A stretch of DNA of 56,426 nt from Chara braunii (GCA_003427395.1 BFEA01000031.1:2607737-2664162); one strand, 5' to 3'; shown: positions 1-13,614, counted from the first letter of the stretch. The notes: generated by a model from the sequence alone, not told the origin. Numbers and translations are program-made.

Positions 1-1206
1 TTGTCGGGTCTTACACTAATTTATATGTTTTTGCCTTGGCGCAGGGCCCCTGCCAAACTCCTCCGCCCCATCCCAATTTTTACGGATGTCCCAAGGGACC
101 TTACCGCGGGCATCAGCCCCACGATCTTTCCGGGACCCGAGCGGCTCCCTAGGCGGCTCCGAACACCCCGTCACTACCACTTAGCAGGTTTCACCATCTA
201 AGTTCGCACGCAGCCCTGTTTTTCATCAATTCGATAGTGCGCCCACTATGCTGGGCCTTTTGGGTCCGCGGCTAGTCTCGAAACCTGTGCCGGCCCAAAA
301 AAAAATAATAAAATTTAAGTCACCCCTCAAGGAGAGGCGAGAAAGACTTGGGGAACCGGGGCGCCAGACTTACCACCACTCTCCGTTGGCTGTGCAGTGT
401 GGGCCCGCGACCGGACTCCCCCGATAAAACTAAGGGGAATAGTCCCGCGGGACCCTCAACCCCTCAGCCTCCTTCAGCGCTCGAACACTCCTATACCGCC
501 GCCTGCTGGCCTCGATCCTAGTGCCGTCGCAGTGTCAGTCCAATTATAGGGCTAAGCCCAAGCCTGAGACCAAAACACGCAGAGTACCATACAAGACGGT
601 GCGGCGCGGCGCCTTGGGCCAACAAATTGGCTGCGCGGCTCCTAGTGCTCGCGCCGGCTTGATTATACCATGCCATAATTGCCCCCGCGCGCCATCCTAT
701 GACATCCTGCTCACCGCACAAAATCGCGCCGTTATTGCCGATGCCGTCGTTGGGGTCGTTTCTCCGCACGCGTGCTCGACTCGGTCAAATCAATCAAAAG
801 AAAATATCCTTAATTCCTGCTTAATAAATAAATAATAATAGTATCACCAAGCAAAACGACCGAGGTCCGGGCCGGCTTTACGATCAATAAACAAAAAAGA
901 ATCACGCGCGCCTTAAACCTGCGCGCCCACGCACTCGCTATTGTGGTCAACCACCTAGTCAACGCAATTACAAACGCAGCCGTACTTAGTGCGGTATACT
1001 TAGACTCTAGACCAAAACTATTTTCTGTCACTTGCAAAAACCAGGGCGGATACCCTTGTAAGGGTATTCGCACCGACAGCGGGAATGCAATCTGGACCGG
1101 GTAGAGGAATTGAAACTGGATTAGTTCGAGCCCAGCCACCAAAGAAGCACCCGAGGAGAAAGAAGGGCTCAGGAACCCGTTCATGCACGTAAGCTCATGC
1201 GTCACA
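1..1206. mobile_element. Possible LTR/terminal fragment of a gypsy-like element
   Basis: Non-coding stretch ending ...GCGTCACA at 1206, the same CGTCACA terminus as the TG..CA unit ending at 18916. The other end lies outside the window. Confidence 0.25.
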
Positions 1207-1640
1207 CACAACCCGCCCACTGAGAAACATCCCACTAAAGAGTGAGTGGAAATATAAGTGGAAGGTCAAGATGAAGGGGGAGGGGATGGAGGCCAGAGAA
1301 CAAGTCTTGATGCAAGGATGGATTGAGCGAAGGACAAAAAACAGAAGGAGGAGGAGGGAGAAAAGGTGGCAAAATTTCCAAAGAATGAGGATGAGTTGCA
1401 CATTCCTCATGAACTCTAGAAGGGGCAGTAGTTTGCAGTTAAAACCCCAACTCAATGGAATCGTTACTCTTGCAGGGCATAAACTCAAAGATGATGATTT
1501 AGCAGGTGCTACCAATTCCCTATTTCCCACCTGCCAAATTCAGTTTTTCCAGGTGTTTGTTGAGAAACTACCACACATGGTCATATGCCTTTTTATGGTC
1601 TATAAAGACCATCGTCAAAAGATAGATAGAGAATTGTTAC

Positions 1641-2780
1641 GTGCTACTGCCTTGCGCTAACCTGCACTACGGACCGACCGACAAAGCCCGACCACACTCC
1701 GCAGGAGTGGCTACTGCCGTAGCTGCACCTAGTCAACTTGCTGTCTGCCTGGTTCTTTTGTCCACATGATGGTGGATTCTCTACATGGCACCTTAGGAGA
1801 CGGTACGTCGACGTGTGACGTTCATTATGCAAATCAGACTGCGCGTTCTTCAGGAACTCCACATGACTTTGATTGTTGACTTACAACATAGTGATGCGAC
1901 GTGACTGTTGACTATTCGGGAAGGTAGTCGCCGCCAGCGCAATATAATGCTTGAGTTGTCTCCTAGGCGGGAGGATTGGTCCGAGCTTGACGGGAGGGAT
2001 GCTGTGCAGATCTTATGGTTGGAGGATAAAATGGGAAACATGCTAGATATTATCTATGAGTTGGAGGAGGGGACGACTCCTCAGCTGGATGAGTTTATCG
2101 ACCGGTGACAAGTGGATAACCTGATGCGGTGCTGCTATAGGGGTGTGCTTTGTATGCTGCTCTGGAGGAGAGGCTTCCTGTACGCTCTGCTGTGAGTGAT
2201 GTGGAGCTTGTCATAAGCGGAGCACAACTGTTGCTGGCAGAGGGAGACATGCACGGGGGGTTAGATGAACTGCAACCCTCTCCCGCCTCGTCACAATCAA
2301 CGGTGCCTTGTGATTGGATGGCGGGGCGGATCCTGCAATCGGTTGCCAGCTACTGGAGATAACGAGCATAACGACGACAATATTATTACCAATGATTGGG
2401 TCAACATCATCTACACCGGCAATATCACTGACAACAGTACCATCAACCATATCAACAACGACGACAAGATCACCAATAACAAACGATCTGGCGATAATAA
2501 CTGCAACAAGGACATTAATAATAATGAAGACAACGCGAATGACGACAACACCGTTATTAGCACTGACTGCCTTCACCACATCCACGCCAACAATATCACC
2601 TGCGAAGGCAACATCAACTATATCAATTGCGAAGGCCATTTCAACCACTACAACAGAACTGACAACATTGTCTACAACGACGACACAACCAACTACAATG
2701 ACGCTAACTAAAAGGTCGTTTAGTTTGATAACTGTTGTACCAGAGGTGGGTTCGCCTCACTGCAACTTACGTGCAATACA
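1641..2780 (+). repeat. Dispersed repeat: GC-rich leader + degenerate acidic ORF + Asn/Thr-rich (AAC-derived) tract
   Basis: 1645-1815 aligns by eye with the reverse complement of 38180-38370 (GCGCTAAC.TGC.CT.CGGACCG.CCG.CAA.GCCCG.CC.CACTCCG.AG ... GGATTCTC.AC.TGGCA.CT..AGGAGACGG). Both are followed by Asn/Thr-rich low-complexity coding. Confidence 0.6.
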
Positions 2781-3405
2781 TCCAGTGTCTGCTGTTTGGC
2801 TCATGAGGGAGGGGGATTTGGGGAAGAAAGACCGTGGTTGGGGTTGATTGCATGCCCGATTCTTCTCCCCCTCTTCCACGCCCGTATGCTCGCCCTGCTG
2901 CTCTTCTTTTTGCCGCAGGTAGGGATGAGATAGGTGACGACAAGACTCGAAGAGCAAGCCGGTCCTTAACCCTAATCAACTGGACTGTCACCTGTTCCAG
3001 GTATATGCATGTCATAATCTGCTTTTAATTTTTTATGAAATTTTTGTGCAATGAGCCCCATGGATTGTGCGAATGGTTCTGCTTTTGGGTGAATGAAGGG
3101 GAGGGGAGATGAACGCTGATTGCTTCGGGTTGATTGTGTGTTGATGCGGGTTGGTTTGCCGATGTTCGTTTTGACAACAATCTCCGTTTGATATAATTTC
3201 ATGGTCATAAGATAGGAGGTTAATACTTTCCCGGTGCAGGTGGTCAATCCTTCCCCTTCACTTGAGAAGTAATCAATGCCCCTGTTGTACTGAAGCACAA
3301 ACACCACACATAAACAGATACAACTGTACGTGTGGTTTCCCCACAACGTATAGTACATATCACATCGTACACATGGCATGCCACAACATGCCGACATGCT
3401 CAAAT

Positions 3406-3506
3406 ACGCTGGACCCAATTTCTATCAGGTGTTGCTCCCCACCAATAGATGGAGCTTTCAACGTTGGGGGCTACTTCATGGGTTTAAAAAAAAAAAAAAA
3501 AAAAAA
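3406..3506 (+). repeat. 3' pseudoknot module copy + short tail + poly(A)
   Basis: ACGCTGGACCCAATTTCTATCAGGTGTTGCTCCCCACCAATAGATGGAGC, then A-tract 3486-3506. Confidence 0.8.
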
Positions 3507-4318
3507 GGCATCGCCATGTTCTGACTGGATTGTCTTGCGTGCCTTCAGTTGCCAACAAAATGTTGTGTTGGATTTTTCTGTTGTCCATGAAGCTGATCAG
3601 GATGCATAACTGGTTCGGGTTCAACTTCTATCTTGCTCAACCGGGCTTCGAACACGGATCTCATAGGGCGCATTAAAAAACCTTCGTTTTTTTTTTTTCA
3701 ACCGGCTGAGGCTGCTAGTGGTGTTGCTATGAGCATCCACCGCTAAGAATTCAGCTACTGGCTTCAGTCTATAAGTGGGGAGCTGCACCTGCTGGAAAAT
3801 GGGTCCAGCGTCCCTCATACAAATGATTAGTGATACATGATTCAAAGAAACAAAAAGTATGGAGAGGAGTACTTCCTCTTCAGCCAGAAATTGGCCGCCA
3901 GATGCCCGTGGTATTGCTAGCCGTACTAACTCCTATGGGCTGCCAGAAAGACTTAGTACGTATATCTGGACCACTTGAATAAAACGCACAGTCATTAACT
4001 AATATCTCTCAATCTAGACTGAAATTTGCCGCACATACAGGTAGAATGACCTCAACNCCCCCCCCCCCCCCCNCCCCCCNTCCTACGGGCTGCCAGAAAG
4101 ATTTAGTATGTATATNTANNCCNCCTTTTNNTCCCCNCCTGCAAGACCTACCTCTTCACCCAATAATAGCCTTAATAGGTGCCTGCTATGATCAATCAAC
4201 CCTGGTGCATATGTCTTTCATCCCAGACAAAAGAGACGCTTACCCCCCTTTTTGTTTTTGAAGCTGAAAACTTTGCATATCTTTCCCAAATAACTAGTAC
4301 CTTGAGAACTGAACTTAT

Positions 4319-6805
4319 TCATTCCACACCAAACCAGCTCATAGGAACCAAACTCAATGATGATGGTGGAAAGGGTTCGGGGAAATCTGAGAGGGGCCTG
4401 AGGGGGATGGCTGGGTCAACCGTGACCGTTGTCCAATCCTGATAGAGCAAATGATAGTCTCTTGAAATTCCTTCTTGCCCTCCTTCCAACATGTCCTCTT
4501 TCTGTGACCCGCTCCATATGATTTTTCCCAGAGTCCTCCCTTGTATGCCCCCGAGTTAGTTGCCATTGAATTGTTGAATGCGATTTTGAATTTCTGCCTT
4601 GGTTAGTAGATGTTTGATCTTCTCTTTTTCTTTGTCCCAGTGGGTAGTGATTTATCGAGTCTGTAAATTCTGGTCCATCAATCCTAGCCTTTTCCATTTC
4701 ATATGTGCAACGGCGGTTCCAAAGGGCGCACAAGATTGCCTGTCTTCCTGCCTTATAAAGATTAATAGTGAACTCATCCCTTTGGGGATGATTCCATGTT
4801 TCACAAAGGAGGGTTTCCCAATCCCACGACCAGGGTTGGGTGGTGGGGAGTTGGCTCTAAATCCTGTCCCACCATCTCCACAGCCAAACTGCCCCTGGGC
4901 ATTGTAAGAAGTTGTGTTCTATGGTTTTCGGGATGAGTCGAGAGGGAAATGCAGAAGAGCAAAAACCACACCGTGGTAGAGCTAAACCTTTCTTTTCCAG
5001 GGAGGTCCCGTCAATTAGCCAATCATTTGTTGGTAAGCATCGATGATCAATCTGCCATTGTAAGGATACTATCTTAACTGGTTTGACTTTGATATTCTTA
5101 AACCACTTGATGGCATGCAGAGACTCCTTGCTCACATTGAGTTGCTTCATCCACCGTGGTTCCACTCTATCTCTCAGATTGACAGTAGATCTCAACAACC
5201 TATCTATAGATTTAACTGTTAAGGAATGAAGATAGCACGACCGTGTTTGCTCTTTCCTTCCGTGCCCAGTCCATGTCTACGTAGCCGGGTCTAGAGCCAG
5301 TTTGTTTATCGAGAGAGATGGTTTAAAAGTCAACCATTGGTCTTTATCCTTTAGGACTCTTATTCTGAATAATTGGTCTTTCTTGTACCACTTAGTCTCC
5401 TGTGGTTGAGGGGTATGTAAAATATTGTTATGATCCAAAGAGAAAATAGAGAGAATAATATCCCCTTCTTCCCTAACCACCACCACATTGCCTACCTGCT
5501 GAGTATTGCCCTAGAATCCAACCCGGTCTCCCTCCTTTAAATTCGGACTTTTTTAAAGAATTATTATCCAGTCTAGAAGGATTAGGTCAATTAGAGTGTC
5601 AATGGCTTCTTTCGAATGTCTACAATAGTAAAGGATAAGCTGAATGTGTTCTATTTCACACCAGTCGTTTGTTTCCTTACACCAAATATCTCAAATCCTT
5701 ATGATTCCTCTTTTCACCCATCCTCTCCATGACGAGTCCAGACCGTGTAGAGTATGCCCTTGAAAATCCTTGATTCATCTGTTATTGAAAAAAGGTTGTT
5801 GGCATACCTCTTCCCATCTGTTTGGAGGACATTTATCATGGAGTGAAAACTTTTGCCATGTTTTAAGTAGGTTAGGCAAAAAATGATCATTTTTTATATT
5901 TGATCTTGCTGCCCTCCATTAAGAAGTTAGCTCATTGCTAGCATCGTGTGTGTGACTCCTTGGAATAGACCAATACCGATTCTCTATCCATATCATAGGG
6001 TCTTTGTCATCCGGGACTTCTGGCGCCAGTCTTGCAATTTGTTCTCATGCGAGCGCCTGCCATGACTTTCGTTGGTTAAAGAGCAACCGCTTAATCCATT
6101 GGATGGACAATGTTAATGCTAGTGTGTTTGGGTCCAAAATACCCAATCCACCCTTTGATTTAGGTTGGATCACTTTTTGCCAGACTACCCTACTGATCAC
6201 ATTTTTGTATTCATGATTTCCTCTCCATAGAAAGGTTGTCACTTGCTTTTGTAAGGCTTGAAGCGCGGATCTGTCTAATGACTATATAGCAAATCTGTAC
6301 CAAAGAGCAGCTAGTATGACATTATTAATAACTAGTGATCTTCCTATCAGAGAAGTGTGTATATCTTTCCATATTTCTAATTTTGCCTGAACGGGTTGTG
6401 AGATCCATTCATTATCAGTTGATGGCTTGAGATCCATTCATTATCAGTTGATGGCTTTCCTTCTGTTGACAAAGAAACTCCTAATACTCTAATCGACGAT
6501 GAAGGGGGCAACCAATTGATATGAGGTTGCTCTGGTGGTCTCACCCCCTGATGGTGAATCCACCATCCTTGCGTCTTAGTCCCCCAGTTGATCCGCATGT
6601 AAGATTGGGCACAAAATTTATCCATCAACAATTTGATTGCTCTCATATTTTCCTCTGAGGCATCTATCATCGAGGACAGGTCGTCAATAAATAGGGAACA
6701 AATTATTGGGATGGTCTCCTCTGGGATAGAAGCGACTTTGATACGTTTAATGTCCTTATTTTGTCTTAAATTGACCGCTAAGGCCTTCATCACAATTATC
6801 ATAGA
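4319..6805 (-). pseudogene. LINE-A ORF2 C-terminal half (RT core + zf-RVT/CCHC)
   Basis: IIVMKALAVNLR..SLFIDDL (FADD motif), RINWGTKT, IRVLGV, RVVWQKVIQPKSKGGLGILD, HRCLPT, CGFC..TIEHNFLQC. Many stops and frameshifts. Confidence 0.9.
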
Positions 6806-7101
6806 TGTATTCCTCAAGTATAAACAATCTCGATCGGTCAATCTGCGATGGTTCAACAAACACATGCTAGGAGAACTGCAACAATTGAAGGTCAAAGGCA
6901 GTGAGTTTTGGATTGAAGTTGATGTTACTATATTGCTCGCCATACTAATAATCAATGGGGTCTTAGAGCAAGGGGGTGTTATGGATGGAGCACTATGGAT
7001 GAACATATAAAGCGTTAACAGGTGAGCGCCTTCAGACTGGAGATAAATCAAGTGATGATGGGGATTAATGTTCTAGATGCACTGTACAATAAGGACAAAG
7101 A

Positions 7102-9187
7102 ATGAAAGCTACAAAAAAGAACAACGGACTTAGACCTCCGATCACTTAATGTAAATGGCTTAGCCTCAACCAAAGAATCTAAACGGCAGGCGATCTATGA
7201 TCAACCGAAAGGGGTAGAAGGTAAAGAGTGGTCGGATGCTATCTGTATACAGGAAACTCACTTATTGCATAATGCAGAGCATCATCATGTTCACAAGCAA
7301 ATATGGCCTCATCGGGCTTTTAGGGCACACGCCCCCAAACTCGGTAGTGCAGGGGTAGTTATTTGGTTCCCTCCTGATTTGAGGGTAGACCCGCTATACT
7401 GGGATATGGATAAAGAAGGTGGTAGGTGGGTCTATGTATTAGCTATGTTAGAGATAGAGGTTGTAATCATCCTATGTGTGTATGCGCCCAACGAAGTGGG
7501 GGAGAGAAGAGAATCCTTTGCAGGCTTGAAAGGACACCTCGAAGTCATGATTTCAGTCATCATCGCAAGGGATTTCAATGCAGCCCCTAATCGTCATCTT
7601 GATCGTTGGCACATCCCCTCCCCATGCCCATCATACATAGAGATGATGAACTTATAATAGATAAATTATGTCATTCCCTCAATCTTTTTTATGCATATAG
7701 ACGCACGCACTCAGTCAAACGTACCTACACATGCTTTAGAAAAAATCAAACAATAAAGGTTTCAAAGTTGCGCATTGATCTAATATTGTTGTAAGAGGAA
7801 TTACAAGGGGCACTACAAGTAGTAGAGATATTTCCTCGTAGCGTCCTCCCAGGTCTGGATCATGCAATGTGTGTGACAATTTTGTCCTTCAGGAAAAAAA
7901 AACTGACATGGGTAGATAATTTTATAAGTTGAACACGTCATTATTAAGTATAGAGCGTTTCAAGGTATATCTACAGGATGTCTGGACTTTCTGGAGAGAA
8001 CAGAAGAACAACATCAATGATGATATACGTTGGTTCAACAACAACCTACTACTATTCTTAGGCCGTAAATACATTGAATATTCCAAAATGTTGGTGGCTC
8101 AACGTCATTTGGAAACGGCAAATTTACAGAATCAACTTGTACAACTACAACAACAAGAAAATAAGTTAGACGACGACTCCCAATTATCAACCCTTACTGA
8201 AGAAATCAACAATTTAGAAGTCAAACTACTAACTTATATGGAACATAGATGGCAAGGAATTCGCATTACAGGGAAGTTATCAAAATACAATACTGAAGGA
8301 GTTATGGATGCAAGATTTTTCGTCAAAGCTAAAGTAAGGTCTGGTAGATCAATCATTGAAGCACTCGCGGATCCACAAAATGAACACCACCCCTTAATAA
8401 CCTCAACGGCACCATGCACCCATATAGCAAGAGAGTATTACAAAAAGTTCTTCACTTTTGAATGTAAAAGTCTTCCAAAAGCTCAGAGGATGAGAGAAAT
8501 ATAATAATTTTTCCAGCCCTTAAATAAATCCCTATCTGATCTTCAAAGTAGTGAGCTAAAGAAATCATCCCTGAAGGAAGAGATTTGGACAGCGCTCATG
8601 ATGATGGTAGAGAAAAAAACATCGGGCATTGATGGTCTTCCCAAATAATTCTCGGAAATAATGTAGACTCACATCTCATAAGATCTTATAGAATTTTACA
8701 ATACTGTTTGGGAATCAGGGAACATGAGAGAAATAGTGAGTCAGGGGATCCTAACCTTACTATATAAAAGAAAGAAAAAAACGAATATTCGTAATTATAG
8801 ACCAATCACCCTCAGTATCGTCTACATATTAGTAGCAAAAACTTTAGCCAATAGATTAATGAAAGTGATTACTGAAATTATTCATCCATCTCAAACAGGA
8901 TTTATTTCAAGAAGGAACATACAGGAAAATATTCTTTTGATTAATGAACCTGTAAAACAATCAAGACAACAAAAAATAATGCAGCATTCATCTTCATAGA
9001 CTTTGAAAAAGCATATGCCCATGTGGACTGGTTATTTTTAGATAAGTGTATGAAGAAACTTAACTTTGGGCCAAGTTTTAGAAGATGGGTGGAAATCCTG
9101 CATACAAACGTCACGACAAGAGTTATGATTAATGATAATTTAGCCCCCTTAATTTTGCTCGAGTAATCAGTGAGACAAGGTGACCCG
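7102..9187 (+). pseudogene. LINE-A ORF2 N-terminal half (APE endonuclease + early RT domains), inverted
   Basis: SLNVNGL, CIQETH, VYAPN, IARDFN, RIDLIL, LDH (endonuclease); SGIDGLP, NYRPITL, QTGFISRRNIQENI, DFEKAY, VRQGDP (RT), ending abruptly at 9187. Confidence 0.9.
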
Positions 9188-11216
9188 GTACGGTTCCTCT
9201 GTTACAATTTCTAGGGATGAACCGCCTAGTGGGAACCGAGTCTTGATAAAGCTTAGTATCTGAGCGTTGAAGTGGGCTTCTCCCGTCATTTTTCCGATTA
9301 CTGCTGAGATAATGGCCGGTGACATTCCTTATATTGTAACCTCTTCATGGAGAACCCTCTTCGGTTCAGATCGGCCGACTTCCCATTCCTCTTCCTTTTG
9401 TCTTACCGACAGGACTACAACTCCAGGCTTCGATAATAATAGATCTGCACGTCCCTTAGCTAGGAGGTGGTGTAGTTTTTGCTTCTTGGTGACCAATTCC
9501 CCTTCCGGGGAGTCATAGTGTGGTGATCTTGTTTTTTTTTTTTAATTATCATTTTATTTTTTCCAACTGAGTCTTGTAGGTCCTCTAGTTCCTTCATGCT
9601 CTCTAGCTCTCATTTTCCCCTTGATTCCTTTCCCTCCTTGGACTGAGGATCTGACACAATTTCCTCATTTATTAATTTTGTCATTATATAATTTTCTGCA
9701 ATGTATGCAACGATAACGCTCCCTTGTGTGCAAGTAGGGAGTAGGGTACTGTTGATTCCTTGATTTTTAGTGAACTGTGGCAAAAGATTTACTTCTACTT
9801 CCTTCCCTTCTCCATCTCTTTCATCCCCCTTAGCCTTTTCCTCCTCCTCTCCGTCTGATCCCATTCTATTAGATGTGCGCTAGGGTGGGCTTCCGGTTTT
9901 TTAATACCGGGAGTGGGAAACATGAGGAATTTCTTCTCGCATGTAACCTCGAAAACTACCTCCTTGAAGTTAGAGGAAGGAGGCTCTGGGACACTGTGTT
10001 TTTTATGACCATTTATGTCTCTTTTTTCTAGAAAGGATGCTTGTTATTCTGTGTTATGAACTAGCATACCTCTCTTGTCTTCAGTGCCCTGTGAATCCTC
10101 AGAACCCACCGACACTGTATCTGCTGTTCCTTCCTCCAAGTTTACCAACCCAGGTTGATTATGGTTCCGTGTGATCTGTTTCAGTAAGTCTGACGTGAAT
10201 GACATTAATGACTTCAACTTTGTAGGTAGTTGCAGTGGGATGAGCGAGTTACCGTGCATTGATTTCAGCTCAAAGTCTGCTGTTGAGCAGGGAGGAGGCT
10301 CAACCCCTTGTTTAGTTAGCTCTGTCTCCTCTTGTAAGCACAATGACTTTGGCATGAAAGTTAGACTTTTGGACATATGCGTATCGTTTCCGTTACGTAC
10401 GGTTTGCTGTTTCTGCTTGTTAACTATTATTATTATTATTATTATTTTTCTTACATTTTTTCTTCCTCTTCTTTTTTGCCGCTTATCGTTCGTTGTGACC
10501 TCTCAGGCCTCTGGGTAAGCCTCTCTGTTGGGGAGGAACTGTGAGTTGTGACTCCATCAATTTGCTGATGTTGACCTGTTCTGAGACCTGATTCCATTTT
10601 AGGGTCCATTGGTTGTGTTGATTGCTGTGAAAATTCTCCCACTGAGGTTGCTAAAATGCCAGGGGGCTGAAACCTCTTAGCCACTATTGGCAGCAGCCTA
10701 TGAAACATCTGCTGCCAACTGATTCCCATGGGGAGACCTTGTTCCAATGCTACTCTCAAGTTGTCGCTGGTTTCCAAAAGAGGAACCAAACCTCTATAAG
10801 TATCATCCCAGATTTCTTCCGAAAGACCTGGGAATTTGAGCTTGATATTTTCAAGCAGCCACTCCGCTACATTTCGTAGGTCTGAGCACCTTGTTTTTAG
10901 AATGTTCTTGGGGAGAAGTGCTGCTGGGCATCAGTGGCATCGGGGGGGCTCTGGGGATGGGGTTTACTTCCATGGGCTTTGCTCCAAAGGCCTCTCTCAA
11001 TGGGTCCACAGTGATTGGAGTTGGACCTGAATCAGTACTAGAATTTTTCCGAGACTCTTGTCTTTCTTTTTCCACACTCTTTTTGACTCTGACAAATTTC
11101 TTTGTTGTGTGGTGATTTTTTAATTGCTTCGTGCCAAAATTTCCTTTGCCATTTGTGACTGACTCCGCTTGTCCTCGTGGTGTTGTCTCCTTTTCCAGAG
11201 GACTAAATCTGTTTCT

Positions 11217-11219
<3 letters not shown>
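9188..11219 (-). pseudogene. LINE-A ORF1 remnant
   Basis: Fragmented low-complexity ORFs on minus (NRFSPL motif near 11200). The frame ends ..EIVTEEPYR at 9188 and continues plausibly as IDVFLKYKQ.. at 6801 on plus, just upstream of ORF2. Confidence 0.6.
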
Positions 11220-11278
<59 letters not shown>

Positions 11279-13378
11279 CCATCCACTGGGCATGTTGGCA
11301 AGGCTGATAAGAGCAGCTTCTGCCAAAACCCTAGCCCTGATGGCTCCAATCTTTTTTTTTTTTTTTTTTTTTTTGAAAAAGGCCCTTGTGCAAGACCACT
11401 ATCCTGGTGGTGGTAAGAGAACCACCAGGATTGAGGCTTTGCCTAGCGGGCCGCTCCATCTATTGGTGGGGAGCAACACCTGCTGGAAACCGGGTCCAGC
11501 GTCCCTTAAATACAACTTTGCAGAACAGTGCATCAATGAGGGTGACGCCAATATGCTGGAAACCGGGTCCAGCGTCCCATCTCCAATCTGCACTTCCATA
11601 CGTAAACCTGCAGTAGGGTCGGGTGTTGGGGGGGGGACCACCGGGGGGCACCAGTAGAATCTCCCTCCATCCCTTAGCCTCTGCCATGCTCATGGCGCCT
11701 ATTGTGTCTTGCACTCTGCAAAATATGTGTTTGAAAAGGCTGGGGAACGGACAACGCAGAAATAGACAGAAATGTGCTGCACAACCGGGTCCAGCTCCCA
11801 TACCTGATCTATGTGTCCGAACCAAACACCTGCTGGAAACCGGGTCCAGCTTCTTTTTGATCAATCACCAATGTGGGGATGTTTCCCCTATGGATCCCCT
11901 CCTCCATACCACTGTTCTCCCACCATGGCTAAAGCTGGTGGCGGGAAAGGGTCTGGGAAGTCCGATGCAGGCCGCCATGGCACATCTGGATCAACATTTG
12001 TCCATTCCTGAAACTGAAGATGATAATTCCTGGCGTCATTTCCTAAAATTTCCCCTTCCCCCTTTGTTTCCCATTCCCCTGTCCAGTTGATTTTTGCAAG
12101 AGGATTTTCCAGGGTCCCTCCCAGCCAGTCTTTGCTGAATTGTTGAATATGCTTTTTGATTTCCGTTTTTGCATGTATGGATGATAATTTCTCTTTCAAT
12201 TTTTCCCATTTAATAGTGATTTCGGCTTGCACCTGCAGCCTTATTTCCTCCTGCAAGACCCGACCGTCCTATCTTACCTCCTCCATCTCATACACACACC
12301 GTCTTCTCCATAGGGCCCAAAGTACCGCCCTTCTCCCTAGTTTGAATATGTCCTCCTCAAAGGTGGTTGTTTGCTATGGGTGCCATGTTTCGCACAACAG
12401 TGCTCTCCAATCCCACGACCAGGGTGTTGTGGCGCCTATATACCTCCATATCCTCTCCCACCATCTCCACAGCCATACCGAGCCCGGACACTGAAGGAAG
12501 ATGTGTTCAATTGTTTATGGCCAGCATCGTGCCGGAAAGGCGGAGGCGCAAAGTTTGCACCATGGCAGGGTTAGCCCACGCTGTTCCAAGGTCGTTCTGT
12601 CAATCAACCAGTCTTTCGTGGGTAGGCAGCGGTGCTCGATTTGCCATTGCATTGATGCCATTGTCGCTGGGGTGGCCTTGCTCAGCCTGAACCATCTTAC
12701 TGGGCAAAGAGTCTCTTTCCCCACGTTCAGGTGGTGCCTCCATCTATCTTCCACCACCTCTTTCAGGTTCATTTTAGGGCGCAGCATCCGATAGGCAAAT
12801 TTGACCGACTGTGTATGCAGTTGTCGTTGACCTTGTTTTCCTCTGGCCGTGGTTTGGTTCCAGGACTAGTTTTCCGGGTCGAAACCCAGACGTGAGATTG
12901 GTGTGGTTGGTTTATATGTCAGCCATCCATCTTTCTCTTTTAAGACCCGGATTCGGAACAACTCCGTCCTTTTATACCACCGTCCTTCGTCCCTTTTCGT
13001 TCGTATGAGCCTGTCGTCTGCTCCCTTATGGAAGAGGTTAACCAGCACTTCTTCTCCTCCCTCCTGTGGTTGGAATGTGTCCACCACATTTCCAACTATT
13101 TCCTCGTGTTCCTTTATACCCACCCAGTCTCCCCCTTCCAATGTCGGTCCTTTCTTTAAGATACGAACCCAATCCAAGGGGACTGCAAAGATGATTGTCT
13201 CTAAGGCCTCCCCCACTTTGTGACAATATCTCAGTTTTGCCTTCAACCCAAGTTCAGAGATCCAATCCCCCCGCTCTTGGTCCCAGACATCCCCTACTCT
13301 TAAAATACCATTCTTGGTCCATGGCTCCAATCTATTGATATGGAGCAACAACTGCTAGAAAGCGGGTCCAGCGTCCCT
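11220..13378 (-). repeat. Older pseudoknot-module 3' end split by the LINE-C insertion (pieces 11220-11352 and 13321-13378)
   Basis: Poly(T) 11220-11273, H3 11295-11326 and GGCTCCAATCT on the left; the motif resumes at 13323-13378. Confidence 0.8.
11353..13320 (-). mobile_element. 5'-truncated L1/Tx1-like LINE (LINE-C) with 13-bp TSD
   Basis: ORF2 C-terminus 11888-13320 (GILRVGDVWD, HRCLPT, CKLC..ETIEHIFLQC), homologous to LINE-A. 3' UTR with module 11453-11506, H3 11401-11431 and poly(T). TSD ATGGCTCCAATCT at 11340-11352 and 13321-13333. Confidence 0.9.
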
Positions 13379-13614
13379 GAAGTACATAATCTGAAAAGTC
13401 TCAGGAAAACATCTGCTAAGCAATGTGGCCTCGTGATTGCCTCTTCAGCCTGTAACAGGCCGCCAAATAGAGCATGACAACCTAGTAGTCCCAAGCCTTG
13501 AGGACTTAGTGAACACAAGCTAGAGCATTTCCCACCTGGCCAAATCATTGAACACAGTTAACAACCCGTCCCCTCACCCTTCCCGACCAAACCACATCAG
13601 ATCCACTAAGGCTT

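Larger units (their letters stand above)
3686..11219 (-). mobile_element. L1/Tx1-like LINE (LINE-A), degenerate, with internal inversion of ~6801-9187
   Basis: ORF1-like remnants on minus (9188-11219); APE endonuclease + first half of RT on plus (7102-9187); second half of RT + CCHC zinc finger on minus (4319-6805); 3' UTR ending in the pseudoknot module (3761-3815), H3 and poly(T) on the plus strand at ~3686-3698. Confidence 0.85.

Noticed and set aside
1271-1640. Host gene exons (AG/GT-bounded pieces; also 30300-30550 and 41430-41990)
   Set aside because: No recognisable domain or consistent exon chain; cannot be supported without transcript data.
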